Part shown: positions 12,590 to 24,495 of the stretch, one piece after another
Numbering within the stretch: position 1 is the first letter of the stretch
How the letters are laid out: the number at the start of each line of letters is the position of its first letter
From: Bugula neritina
Taxonomy: Eukaryota > Animalia > Bryozoa
DNA: 64,000 nt
Assembly: GCA_964035545.1 (NCBI GenBank)
Contig: OZ037767.1
Location: forward strand, 14,450,998 to 14,514,997
Reading direction: 5' to 3'
The notes under the pieces: generated by a model
What the model saw: the letters and a program-made list of their open reading frames with translations, nothing else
The model's database searches: none
Told to the model about the DNA's origin: nothing
Translations under genes and position numbers: made by a program

Positions 12590-12623
12590 GTAGTAAGGAG
12601 AAATTATTAAGATAATTTCTCTT

Positions 12624-12635
12624 AGAATGGGGGGT
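12624..12635 (+). promoter_or_regulatory. Polypurine tract
   Basis: AGAATGGGGGGT immediately precedes the 3' LTR. Confidence 0.8.
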
Positions 12636-13175
12636 TGTCACAAATTCTGAGTATACATATACCTATAGACTTACCGGGTTTTTCCTAATGATTATACACG
12701 AATGTTCATAACTATTCTAGATTGATCAAAGAGATGGGTCATTGTTCATTGTTATTTTCATTAGTCATGTTAACTACTGTCCAGCAATGTAAACAAGGTA
12801 TTGCGCAATAATTGCGAAATAACCATGGAAATTCCAATGTTTTGTTTTGATTTTCTATAAATAGTATTGGTATGTGGGGAATGTTTTGTACTAGAATCTT
12901 CTATACTGGAATGCTTGAGAATGTTCTAGAGTGTTTTGTTTACTATAAATACTGAGGCAGTTGTGTTTACAAATCAGTTCCTTTTTATAAGTTCATTCTT
13001 GGAGTTCATTTTTATTAATTCATCTGTGCATATCTTACTAAAGGAATAAAGTCTACTTATATCCACAACTCTATTTACTCACAACTGGATTAGCAAGCTG
13101 TATGCTACTTGTCTCTACACTTCTGACTACCAGACTTTTCGAACTCGTCACACTGCTACCAACAGTTTTGTGACA
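12636..13175 (+). repeat. 3' LTR
   Basis: Same length as the 5' LTR and same sequence by eye; followed by TSD CCTTA. Confidence 0.95.
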
Positions 13176-13219
13176 CCTTACATTATTTTAATACACAACA
13201 ACTATTAAACAATCAATTC

Positions 13220-15897
13220 TAGTAGCAGTGGGTCGGACTGTCGGCGACTAAACCGATACCCCCTAATGTCTTGACATTAGGGAGGGTGTACTGGACATCC
13301 ATGTAGAACTAAAAATAACATCTACTAAAAATCTGAAAGACCATTCCAGTGGGTATCTGTGGCAGCCCTCAAGGGCGTGTACAGACAAACGTGTATAACG
13401 GCCAGCCACTGCAGCAGGTTGTAAATGCTAGCATGTCTTGACCTGTTCTTGCCGCTAGATCCCATTTACACCCTGCCGAGAGAGAGAACATGGTAACGCG
13501 AAAGCCAAGTTCACTTAACCACTTCGCATGCAGTTTTATGGACTATGACAATGGAAACAGTATTTGATACCGGCACGAACGTCGCCCGGGTTAACAAGGT
13601 TCGCGCTGGTCTGCTCCCGCTCCGGCAGCCAGTGAAAAGTCAGCTAGGACGCAATGGAAAGTTCAGATTTTAACTACAAAATCAGGATATGCTACAGGAG
13701 TTTCAGAAACAGATGGATAAGGCAATGGACTATAGAGATGATGATGGTGTAACCTTAGAAGAGAGATGGGGAATGTTAAAGATCTCAGCCTTCAACACAG
13801 CTACCAAAGTCTTAGGTAGAGCAGAAAGAAAGCATCAAGATTGGTTTGATGACAATGACGCAAAGCTGAATGCATTACTTAATGAACGAAATAAGGCTAA
13901 ATCAAAAGCACTACAGAGAAGAACAAGAAGTAGCACTGACCGATTAGCGCAAGCACGAAGCAAGCTGCAAAAATACACTCGAGAGAAAAAGTCTCAATGG
14001 TGGGAGGAAAAAGCAGAATCACTCCAACAGGCAGCTGATAAAAACAACATGAAGGCATTTTACAATGGCCTTAGAGAAGTCTATGGGCCACAGAACAGGG
14101 GAATCGCCCAATTGCTGGACCAAAGTGGTAAAACAGTACTTACAGCAAAGAATGATACCTTAAAAAGGTTCGCCCAACATTTCGACCTGTTGCTGAATGT
14201 ACCAGGGGAAGTGGATCAGGAAGCTCTCAATAGTCTCACAAATATGCCACCCAATTTAAGCCTAGATGATATGCCAAGTTTTGATGAGCTTCTGGATGCT
14301 ATAGATGCAACCAAGGAGAATAAATCTCCTGGAGAATGTGGCATTCCAGCTGAGGTGTGGAAGTACGGTGGAATCAGGCTTAAAGAGAGACTATATGATC
14401 TGATTGCTTATATATGGAGTAATGAGAAGATGCCACAGAACTGGAAAAATGCGAACATTGTGCCCATTTTTAAAAAGGGTAGTAGGAAGGACTGTGGTAA
14501 TTATAGAGGAATCTCGCTTTTGTCTATAGCTGGAAAGATTATGGCCCGTATCATCCTCAACAAAATCAATGTAAATATAACTCCAGGAATACTTCCAGAA
14601 ACACAGTGTGGCTTTCGAAACAGCAGGAGCACCATTGATATGATATTTAGCTTTCGCCAAATTCAAGAAAAATGTGCTGAACAAAACATGGAGCTGTATG
14701 CTGTATTTATAGACTTTACAAAAGCCTTTGATACAGTGTCAAGAGATGGCCTCTGGAGGGTACTGAAGAAGTTTGGCTTAACTGAGAAGGTCACCAACCT
14801 GATAAAAGCTCTTCATGCAGGCATGCAAGCCAAGGTAGTGCAAGGTAGAGATGCTTCAAATGAGTTTGCAGTAACCAATGGTGTCAAGCAGGGGTGTGTT
14901 CTTGCGCCAACACTATTTTCATTATACTTGACCGCTATGCTTGAGGTGGCATTTCAAAATGTAAATGAAGGGATTTACATTCAAACTCGACATGGGGCTG
15001 ACCTCTTTGATGTGGCTCAGTTCAAGTCTAAGACCCGTACTACCAAACACCTAGTCAGAGAGATGTTGTTTGCTGATGACAGTGCTTTGGTGGCACATTG
15101 CGCTGCAGATATGCAGGTGCTAGTGAACAACTTTGCAAAAGCAGCGGCTCAGTTTAGCTTAAAAATCAACATAAAAAAGACAGAATGCATGTACCAGCCA
15201 ATCAAACTCATCCACCCTCTACCTGAACCTGAAGTTGTCATGATAGATCAAGAACCAGTTGTACTTGCCTCAGACTTTACTTATCTAGGAAGCACTGTTT
15301 CCTGTACGGCAAAAATAGATAAAGAGCTACGGAACAGATTAGGCAAAGCAAGTGCGGCTTACGGTAAGCTGCAGCAGAGACTCTGGAACAACAGACACGT
15401 ATCCATCAGGGTAAAGTGTAAAGTCTACAGAGCGGTGGTGCTCTCAAGCCTGCTGTATGGAGCAGAAACATGGACAATATACAGGACACAGGTGAAGAAG
15501 CTAAGCGCTTTCATGATGAGACAACTGAGAGACATAATGGCTGTAAAATGGTATGACAAAGTTACGAATGAAGAAATATTAAGACGTGCCAATTTGCCAA
15601 GCATGGCCGACATCCTTATAGAAAAGAACTTGAGATGGCTAGGCCATGTGCACAGGATGAAACATAGCCGGCTACCAAGACAATTGCTCTACTCTCAGCT
15701 GAAAGAGGGTAAAAGAAATACAGGGCGACCTAGACTCAGACTTAAAGATGTTGCTAAGAGGAATATGAAATGGAGAGCAATAAACTTGAGTTCATGGCAG
15801 CAGACAGCTGACAACAGAGCTGCGTGGAGAGCTGCAACCAAATCTAAGCTTAATCCATAAAACAGTCATAGTCGTATCGACTGACTGCAAGAGAGAG
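13220..15897 (+). mobile_element. RTE-clade non-LTR retrotransposon with internal deletion of the AP endonuclease
   Basis: GC-richer structured 5'UTR from about 13220; short N-terminal ORF 13545-13673 in the same frame as the RT ORF; short 3'UTR ending CGACTGACTGCAAGAGAGAG. No TSD found, so the ends are approximate. Confidence 0.8.
13689..15860 (+). CDS. Non-LTR (RTE-type) reverse transcriptase lacking an endonuclease domain
   Basis: 723-aa uninterrupted ORF: KSPGECGIPAE, NYRGISLL, QCGFR, FIDFTKAFD, GVKQGCVLAP, LFADD, YLGS and RTE-type C-terminus LRWLGHVHRM...GKRNTGRPRLR. No APE motifs. Confidence 0.92.
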   Translation: MLQEFQKQMDKAMDYRDDDGVTLEERWGMLKISAFNTATKVLGRAERKHQDWFDDNDAKLNALLNERNKAKSKALQRRTRSSTDRLAQARSKLQKYTREKKSQWWEEKAESLQQAADKNNMKAFYNGLREVYGPQNRGIAQLLDQSGKTVLTAKNDTLKRFAQHFDLLLNVPGEVDQEALNSLTNMPPNLSLDDMPSFDELLDAIDATKENKSPGECGIPAEVWKYGGIRLKERLYDLIAYIWSNEKMPQNWKNANIVPIFKKGSRKDCGNYRGISLLSIAGKIMARIILNKINVNITPGILPETQCGFRNSRSTIDMIFSFRQIQEKCAEQNMELYAVFIDFTKAFDTVSRDGLWRVLKKFGLTEKVTNLIKALHAGMQAKVVQGRDASNEFAVTNGVKQGCVLAPTLFSLYLTAMLEVAFQNVNEGIYIQTRHGADLFDVAQFKSKTRTTKHLVREMLFADDSALVAHCAADMQVLVNNFAKAAAQFSLKINIKKTECMYQPIKLIHPLPEPEVVMIDQEPVVLASDFTYLGSTVSCTAKIDKELRNRLGKASAAYGKLQQRLWNNRHVSIRVKCKVYRAVVLSSLLYGAETWTIYRTQVKKLSAFMMRQLRDIMAVKWYDKVTNEEILRRANLPSMADILIEKNLRWLGHVHRMKHSRLPRQLLYSQLKEGKRNTGRPRLRLKDVAKRNMKWRAINLSSWQQTADNRAAWRAATKSKLNP

Positions 15898-16104
15898 GAA
15901 GCTGCTAGGACAGCCATTTGTTTAAGAGACGCTCTTTTAAAACTTTCTTTTATGGAGAAAGCTCTTTTCTTAACTGAGTTAAATTTTTGCGTAATAAAGT
16001 GAATGCTTTAAAACTATAACATTTAATTTTACTGATGGAAGAATTATTGAATTGGGTGTCATTTATCAACATTCATTTTCTTGAAATCAGGAACAGATAT
16101 AAAT

Positions 16105-16322
16105 AACTCACGGAAGTTTATATAGTCACTATCCCTGCGAGAAACCCCTGATAGAAAAGGTTTTTGTTAAAGCGGGCTAAGGACTTATTTAAATGAGGCA
16201 CAGGAGCAATTATGACTGGATGCTCTTCCTAACATCACTAATGGCCTTTGTCTGGGCTCGAACCCATGACCTTCGTGTTCACTAGGCAAACGCTCTAACC
16301 CCTAGACCACTGGCTGCTCCCT
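16105..16322 (-). mobile_element. tRNA-derived SINE, family B
   Basis: Minus-strand tRNA head (TGGTCTAGGGG...GGTTCGAGCCC) plus core AGGAAGAGCATCCAGTC. Flanked by a 16-bp TSD AGGA[A/G]CAGATATAAAT (16089-16104 / 16323-16338). A second copy lies at about 29200. Confidence 0.85.
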
Positions 16323-16856
16323 AGGAGCAGATATAAATGTTTGTCATGTAAAATTTGCACAATGACATTCTAATGAATGCTTACTTTTATGACACAGAGT
16401 AAAAGTTGTTATGGAGATGGAATTATATTGTTAGTGTCCTTATTTGGAACTGAAGAAAGAATTTCACAAAAATTGACTTTAAAATTGTGGGTTGATTATT
16501 GTTGCTGAGTTTAGGTTATAAAAGAAATTAAAGCTAGATGTTCACCAAACGTTTTAGATACTGTATTTAGATTACCTGAAACCTTTTGGGTATATCAAAA
16601 CAATTACCAGACAACTAGCTGTTACAATGTGATAAATAATGAAATAATAACGTACAACCCAATCAAGCTGGTACTACAGACTTACAATGTTAATATACTG
16701 AGCGCAGAAAATCTTCACGTAGCTAATTTAGAGAAAAGATTTCACGTTATTTTGTAGATTGAAAGCATATGTTGTACAACAGAGCACAATTTACATTTAC
16801 AATATAGAATATGACTAGATATTTCAAGTTATTACATTCAGCAACAAAGCTGGCCT

Positions 16857-18396
16857 TCAATAGCCATGAACTTCAATTTCATGGAGATTTAAACTTGTAG
16901 AGGCATTAAACAGAATCTGGACAAAGCGGCCACTGATTGGTTGATCACATGTAATCAGAGTGTAGTATCTGTTGAGATAACCATCGACATATTTACACAG
17001 AACTTCTCTGTTAGATCCAGTAAACTCTATATCTTCCTCTACCATAGCAACTGTAACCTCTGTGTTGATTGATCTCAGACTAAAGTGCACTTCTAGAAAA
17101 ATATGAATTATGTAATATAATGTTAATTATTTTATAGAAGCCTAATATTGAGTTTGCTAGTTATAAGTGTGACAAAATATTATTTTTAATAGATACTTTC
17201 AAATCTGTTCAGAATGTTGACAGCCCACACACAGTTTACATCTCCCAGGTCTACTCTCCACCATGGTCTATTCTCATGTTTAGTGTGTGCCACTGAATTT
17301 TCCTCATATATTCCGTCAACTGCTTTGGCTGCTTCGTACGAGTGCATTCCAGTGTTCACATACACAGACGACATTTTTGCTGATTTATCTTGAAAAATTA
17401 TAGTTGGAATTTTTTTACATGTTATATAAAATAGTCATAGAAAATAGTCCTACTTGTGCTTGTTGTAAAGTCAGTTTTGTAGAAATTGCCAGATTTAGGA
17501 GCTATCTTTACATTCAGCCCTTGTCCTGTAATGATTAGCTCATTGGTAATTGCCGATTGAAGACTGCTGTTCGATTCCCAGTAAGTGCAATTATTCAATT
17601 ATGTTACACAAGTTTGAACAAAACTTGGAAATAAAAAGGTCTGAATAACAATTAGATACATACTTCTAGCTAGTAATCCGCTGAAGTGTTCTTCTATATT
17701 CATAGCTCTGATATAAATGTTATAACCACTTCTAGTACTTCCTTCAGCATACAGATTAGGGTTGACACACGTTTCAACAGAGCACTTCTTGGCTAGCCAA
17801 TCATATGCAAATGCATAACACACTTCTCTTCTCATACAATCAAGAGCACAATGAGTGGTAGAGATGGCAACTTCAGGGCTTTGTCTTGAAGTGTTGGACA
17901 AGGCTCCCGGCATGACATAACTCTTGTAGAAAGCAGTTTTATAGCCTGATGCAGCCAATGCTGTAAGATTGACCAACAACACTGCAAAAATAATAACAAA
18001 AATACAAATAACAACATAATAATGTACTAATATGGCTATAGTATTTCAAAAGCTCAATCTAATATGCATTAAATATATATATTATAGATATTCTATTCAC
18101 TGATTAGGGTGAATAGAAGTTGAATAAAAAAAATTTCAGTTTCAATAATTTAGTATCTTGCATTTCATTACAAAACTGTACCTGCAGCATTAGGGCTATA
18201 TATAAGTTTTTAGCGTTCATGTAAGACTTCTATCTATTTATTATATATATTATATTTATTCATAATCTGTTCTCAGATACTGTATAGCATAACTTGCTAT
18301 TAGTGCAATATATTATATTATTTATAGACATATATAATGCCATCAGTTTAAAAACAAGAACTTACTAAATCTGAGTTTAAGCAGTCTATCCAGCAT
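16857..18396 (-). CDS. Secreted PAN/apple-domain + F-type (fucolectin) lectin, paralog A
   Basis: Exons (minus) 18396-18366, 17981-17664, 17388-17197, 17092-16857. Signal peptide MLDRLLKLRFMLLVNLTALAASG; PAN-like CALDCMRREVCYAFAY...C; FTL motifs AVDG, HT...PWWRVDLG...V.ILNR, GRFVQI, LNLHEIEV. Confidence 0.85.
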
Positions 18397-18881
18397 TTTA
18401 CTCTCAAGTGCTGTTGCACCAAGCAACCTGAAAAATAACATATATTTTTAGTCAAACTAGTAAAATGCTCAAAGTTTAAAAAAAACAGATTCAGTTTTGT
18501 TCAATTATATAATAATTCTATGTTGCATTTACTAATTGTGATTGCAATTATATCTATTTGAAACAATACTAAATGAAAAGTTTTAAAGAAAACCAAAATT
18601 ACAGCTAGCTATTGAAAAAGAGTCTTTATATATAATTTTTGATGATTGTTCACCACAGCAACTTTTTTATAAATTGCTCTACAAGTATTTTTACAGCTCC
18701 AGCAAGAGTATATGTCTCATTCTTTACTTAAGTAAGTTTTGTGGCTTGTCATGGGTCTATTGAAGCAGTCAGCTATGCTGTTAACTGTATTAAAGATTAT
18801 TAAATTTATGTTGTTTTACTATGTTTGCCTTTTAAACTTATTGTTAATCACTTTTAACCTCAAAGGCCATAGAAAAATATT

Positions 18882-19098
18882 TGCCCTCACTGGGATTCGA
18901 ACCCGAGACCTCCTGCTTGCAAACTAGTAACCATTAACCATTAAACCACAGGGACTACGGGTAATCTCAGCACTACAGATTTGTGCTTGCGGAACTAATT
19001 TAACAATCTGTGAATACCTCTCTACCCCCACCAGGATTCCAACAATAGTCATCTAGCTTGCAAGCCATGAGCTCATTACACTAAAGGGGTTAACAGGA
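18882..19098 (-). mobile_element. Two tandem family-A tRNA-like repeats (18882-18977 good; ~19020-19098 degenerate)
   Basis: Reverse complement reads TGTAGTGCTGAGATTACCCGTAGTCCCTGTGG...GGTTCGAATCCCAGTGAGGGCA. Confidence 0.7.
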
Positions 19099-19562
19099 AA
19101 TTATTCTCCAAAACTCTACTGTCTCTCAATTTCCCTACTACTCTGTCAGTCTTTTCATATGGGAAAATACTCACCACAATTTGAGATCAGTTGTAGGTGG
19201 AAAGCACTAATGATACACAAGTTGTTATGAATATACCTAATCTTTGATAGCCAGCCAACAATGCAGCATCACTTGGTGAACTATGCTGTTGGTATAGATT
19301 TGATCTATATAGTGGGGATTGGTTATTATATATTTGTAGTGCCTGTATTATAGCAGCTAAATATAGCAATAGCCTTAAAATTTCCTTCCTCAAACTTTAA
19401 ATCTCCTTTTCAACAAAACCTCTCCTAACTAAAGTCAATAATTTAAATGGCAAGTCAATTGTTACATAAAGCTATCAATTACTTAGTCCTCATTGATTGG
19501 TAACATTTTGCTAACAGTATTGTGCTTACAAGATAGGCTACACTATTTGATACACACATACA

Positions 19563-19570
19563 CGTGTGTG

Positions 19571-19609
<39 letters not shown>

Positions 19610-19786
19610 GCGTGTGCGTGTGCGTGTGTGCGTGTGTGCGTGTGTGCGTGTGTGCGTGTGTGCGTGTGTGCGTGTGTGCGTGTGTGCGTGTGTGCGTGTG
19701 TGCGTGTGTGCGTGTGTGCGTGTGTGCGTGTGTGCGTGTGTGCGTGTGTGCGTGTGTGCGTGTGTGCGTGTGTGTGTGTGTGTGTG
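19563..19786 (+). repeat. (TG)n/(TGTGTGCG)n microsatellite
   Basis: Seen directly in the sequence; source of the spurious CV/HT ORFs. Confidence 0.97.
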
Positions 19787-20607
19787 TACCACCAAACACA
19801 TTTTTTATTGTCATTCTTACGATTTATGTTTCGTGTTATAGCCATACCATTTTTATGATGGAGAAAATAAACAACAATAAACATTTAACTCCATATTGAA
19901 TAGAGAACTGTTAGGTATAATCACATTGTTACAGTTCATTGTAAAAAAATAAAATACATCATTTGTAAGTTTTAATAATGTCTAAACCTTTTATGGCATA
20001 CCCTAAAGCATTGGGGCATAAAAATTATTTAAAAAACAGTATAAAGCTTATCAAATGTGCATACAAGAAATCTACCATTCATCTTCTTGCAGCTTCTGAA
20101 ACCCAAATGTTGCTGTAGCAAAACATTTGAAAAGGAAATGGTTTGTTGACGCAAAAGTTGCTGCAACTAAGCAACCATTCCTTTGACAGATATTTTCTCT
20201 AGTAGTTCACAGGAAAGATAATTATTGTAAAAGTTTTGATTACCGTTTTACAAAGATTAAAGAGATATATTTTTATTTTAAATATAATATGTTGCCTAAA
20301 ACTACTGATATTGATTACATGGTAGATTTGATCTATATAGTGGGGATTGGTTATTATATACTGTAGTGCCTGTATTATAGCAGCTAAATAGCAATCATAT
20401 GTTACAATAGCCTTAAAATTTCCTTCCTCAAATTTTAAATCTCCTTTTCAACAAAACCTCTCCTAACTAAAAGTCAATAATTTAAATGGCAAGTCAATTG
20501 TTACATAAAGCTATCAATTACCTGTTCCTCATTGATTGGTAACATTTTTGCTAACAATATTGTGCTTACAAGATAGGCTACACTATTTGATACACACATA
20601 TACGTGG

Positions 20608-20862
<255 letters not shown>

Positions 20863-22366
20863 TTTGTATACCACAAAACATTTTTTTTTGTCATTCTTAC
20901 AATTTATGTTTCGTGTTATAGCCGTACCATTTTTATGATGGAGAAAATAAACAACAATAAACATTTAACTCCATATTGAATAGAGAACTGTTAGGTATAA
21001 TCACATTGTTACAGTTCATTATAAAAAATAAAATACATCATTTGTAAGTTTTAATAATGTCTAAACCTTTTATGGCATACCCTAAAGCATTAGAGTATAA
21101 AAATTGTTTAACAAATACTATAAAACTTACCAAATATGCATACAAGAAATCTACCGTTCATCTTCTTGCAGCTTCTGAAACCCAAATGTTGCCGTAGCAA
21201 AACATCTGGAAAGGAAATGGTTTGTTGACGCAAAAGTTGCTGCAGCTAAGCAACCACTCCTTTGACAGATATTTTTTCTAGTAGTTTACAGGAAAGATAA
21301 TTATTGTAAAAGTTTTCATTAAACGTTCTACAAAGATAAAAAAGATATATTTTTTAAATACATAACATGTTGCCTAAAACTACTGATATTGATTACATGG
21401 TAGCTATTCATAGAAACATGTAATTAACTGTGCAACATTGAAAGAAGTTATAAAATACACTTTATTCATCAAACTTATGCTAAGCAATACATATGTTTGC
21501 AGTTCTTTATTCCCGTACAATAAATTATATTTATGTAAGTATTGCATTACCACAATTTGGTATATGAACATATACAAGCTTAATGTTGTTAAAGCAGTTT
21601 AAAGCAAAATAAATATTTTTGTGCAATGAGAGGAAGCTCAACTTTCTAACTTATCAATATACAACTAAATGCCAGATCCTATGCATTTCTTATGTCGACA
21701 ACTTCAGTTGATCACGTCACTTATTCAGTATATACTAAATTTTCAAACTTAAATTTGACTATTTTATGAAATTAAGCTGCTAGTGTCAATATATTATTGC
21801 TTAAAAGTGGTATTTTATAACATTTTAAATACCAACATGGCAATTTTATGTCCTCTAAAAATTCAGGATTCCCTATTATAGCTTTTATCATGCATATTTG
21901 TAATCAGCAGAAAAACTACAGCAACCTTTTATATTTTCATCACTTTTAATCAATTTTTAGGTTTTGTTCTTAATTTGCTTGTGTGTACTAAGCCACTGGA
22001 AGCAGCTTGCAGCGCTAGCTCAACTTCTTGTCCTGCAAATACTTTTTAATAATCTCATGTGAGTCACAAATTAAATGCATTAAAGCTCTATATTTTCAGT
22101 TTTGTTATCTGATTCCTTGTATTGCATGTAGTTTCATAAATATTTATTTTCTTAAAATTATGAGTAAACAGCCTTATGGGTAAGACTTTAAAATGTAATG
22201 TTTTATTATAAACTAACATCATCAATGACACAGTTTCATAACAACATAAAACCAATACAATATAATGTATATTTATTAATGGAGAGTTGTTATAATAACG
22301 ATCTGTATAATATAGATATGCAATAGTGCATTTCAAGTTATTCTATATAACAACAAAGCTATGCCT

Positions 22367-24495
22367 TCAAAAGCCATGAACTTCAATTTCATGGAGATTT
22401 AAACATGTTGTAGCATCAAACAGAATCTGGACAAATCGGCCACTGATTGGTTGATCACATGTAATCAGAGTGTAGTATTGGTTGAGATAACCATCAACAT
22501 ATTTACACAGAACTTCTCTGTTAGATCCAATGAACTCTATATCTTCCTCTACCATAGCAACTGTAACCTCAGTGTTCTTTGATCTCTTAGTGAGATACGG
22601 TTCTGTAAAACCCAAAATACACTGTCACATAAAGTAACTTTAAGCCAAATTACTAAACCAGCATGTTTCAAGTAATTTTATTCATGTTGATTATTATATT
22701 TTTGTTTCATATGCTTTGTACAATGAATCTATATATACATGCGTCATTCGCTGTGGCTTTTATAACAAAACATCATTTTTTACAATTTTATGTTATTAAA
22801 ATTTATTCAAATTTCTTTCTCCCTATAGTTCTCCATTTTTTCACCAGTGCTATAACTAATTTTTAACTTTGTGTGGATATTAATTTTATATTTTAGAAAA
22901 GAAATACTTACCAATTAGTTTTTATTTCATCAAAACTAACATGCTATCATCAACTTATATTAGAGAGTGTTGAAAAGAAAACAAGAGTAAGTGCTCATCG
23001 TTTGTATACGCAAACAAACCTTGAATATTATTGAAATAAATATATCGATGTATTATTTAAAATAATGTTTGTCAAAATATTATTTTCAACAGATAACATA
23101 AGAGTATAATATGGTTTATAAGAATTAGTAGATTAGTGACTAGCTATAATCAATCAATGTGATTGACTAAAACAAGTACTGCCCCACATAAAAATAGTTG
23201 CCTCTATACTGAGATTCAAACTCGAGACCTTCGGCTTGCTTACTATTATACCACAGGGACTACTGGGTAATCGGAACAGTACACTACAAACATTCTGATT
23301 ACTTATCAGCCCGACCATTAGCTATATTAGAGAAAGTAAAGAGTGCAGCCAGAGATCAGAGAATTATACTGAAAATGTCCAGTAAGTTTACTCTTATACT
23401 CACTTGCATATCTGTTTAGGATGTACACTGCCCACACACAACGTACATCTCCCAGGTCTACTCTCCACCATGGTCTATTCTCCATGTCACTGTGTGCCAG
23501 TGATTCTAAATTGTCGGTTAGCATATAGTTTCCATCAACGGCCTTAGCTGCGTCAAGGTTGTCGATTCCAACAAAATGAGAAGACAGTTTTGCTTGCTTT
23601 TCTAAAAGGTTTTAAAAAAAGGAGTGTTGTCACATTTTTTAGTTTTATTGCAGAGTTTTCAAAGTTTTGCTCTTAATAAGCTCCTGAATATTGTTGAATA
23701 ATTCTTTTGTGGTAAAATAATAATCTGAGAAAAGCAATAAGTTTAAAGTAAATATAAGCAAATTTGCCCCCACTGGGGTTCGAACCGTAGACTAAAACAT
23801 TACATCACCAGGACTGCTTAGTAAGCTCAACACTGCAGTACTCACCCCTGGCTAGTAATTTGCTGAATTGTTCTCCAACATCTGCTCTCATGTAAAAATC
23901 AGAATCATCTCCCTGTCCTTCAGAATGCAGATTCGGGTTAACACATGTTTTAACAGAGCACTTCTTGGTTAGCCAATCATATGCGAATCCATTGCATTCT
24001 TCTCTTCTCATGCAATCAAAGCCACAGTAAAGAGAAGAAATGGCTGTCCCAGAGTCATGTTGTGAGATGTTGGACAGAGATTCTGGCATGACATAACTTT
24101 TGTAGAGGACAGTCTGGTAACCAAATACAACCAGAGCTGTGAGCTCTACCAACAGCACTGCAAAATAGAAACGGAACCATACAACATATTTTTTGCTGTC
24201 ACTCAGTAGCTAATATTCTTACGCTCTATGTTATAGCCATTCCGTTTTTTATGATGGAGAAAATAAACAAATAAATTTATCTCAACATTGAATAGAAAAA
24301 TGTTATGCACAATAATATTGCTGTAGTTCACTATAAAAAATATTATGCATCATAAAAACAACATCATTTGTATGTTTTATTAATTAATGCCTGAAACTTT
24401 TATAGTTTATTCCAAAGCATTAAGGTAAAAGAGTAGTTTAAAAAAAACACTATATAAAACTTACCAAATATGCATACAAGAAATCTACCATTCAT
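22367..24495 (-). CDS. Secreted PAN/apple-domain + F-type lectin, paralog B
   Basis: Exons (minus) 24495-24465, 24157-23846, 23601-23404, 22602-22367. Signal peptide MNGRFLVCIFVLLVELTALVVFG. Same exon phases and motifs as paralog A. Confidence 0.87.
23199..23288 (-). mobile_element. Degenerate family-A tRNA-like repeat
   Basis: Reverse complement has the leader GATTACCCAGTAGTCCCTGTGG and a degenerate B box. Confidence 0.55.

Larger units (their letters stand above)
8812..13175 (+). mobile_element. Ty3/Gypsy LTR retrotransposon, Gmr1-like domain order, non-autonomous (RT/RNase H deleted)
   Basis: 540-bp LTRs at 8812-9351 and 12636-13175, identical by eye, with TGTCACAAA...TTTGTGACA termini. 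5-bp TSD CCTTA (8807-8811 / 13176-13180). PBS and PPT present. Gag-PR-IN ORF, with an RNase H C-terminal remnant after IN. Confidence 0.95.

Noticed and set aside
9375-15613. Short antisense or overlapping ORFs inside the retroelements
   Set aside because: Shadow ORFs of the long sense ORFs, with no motifs (except the RNase H remnant, reported separately).
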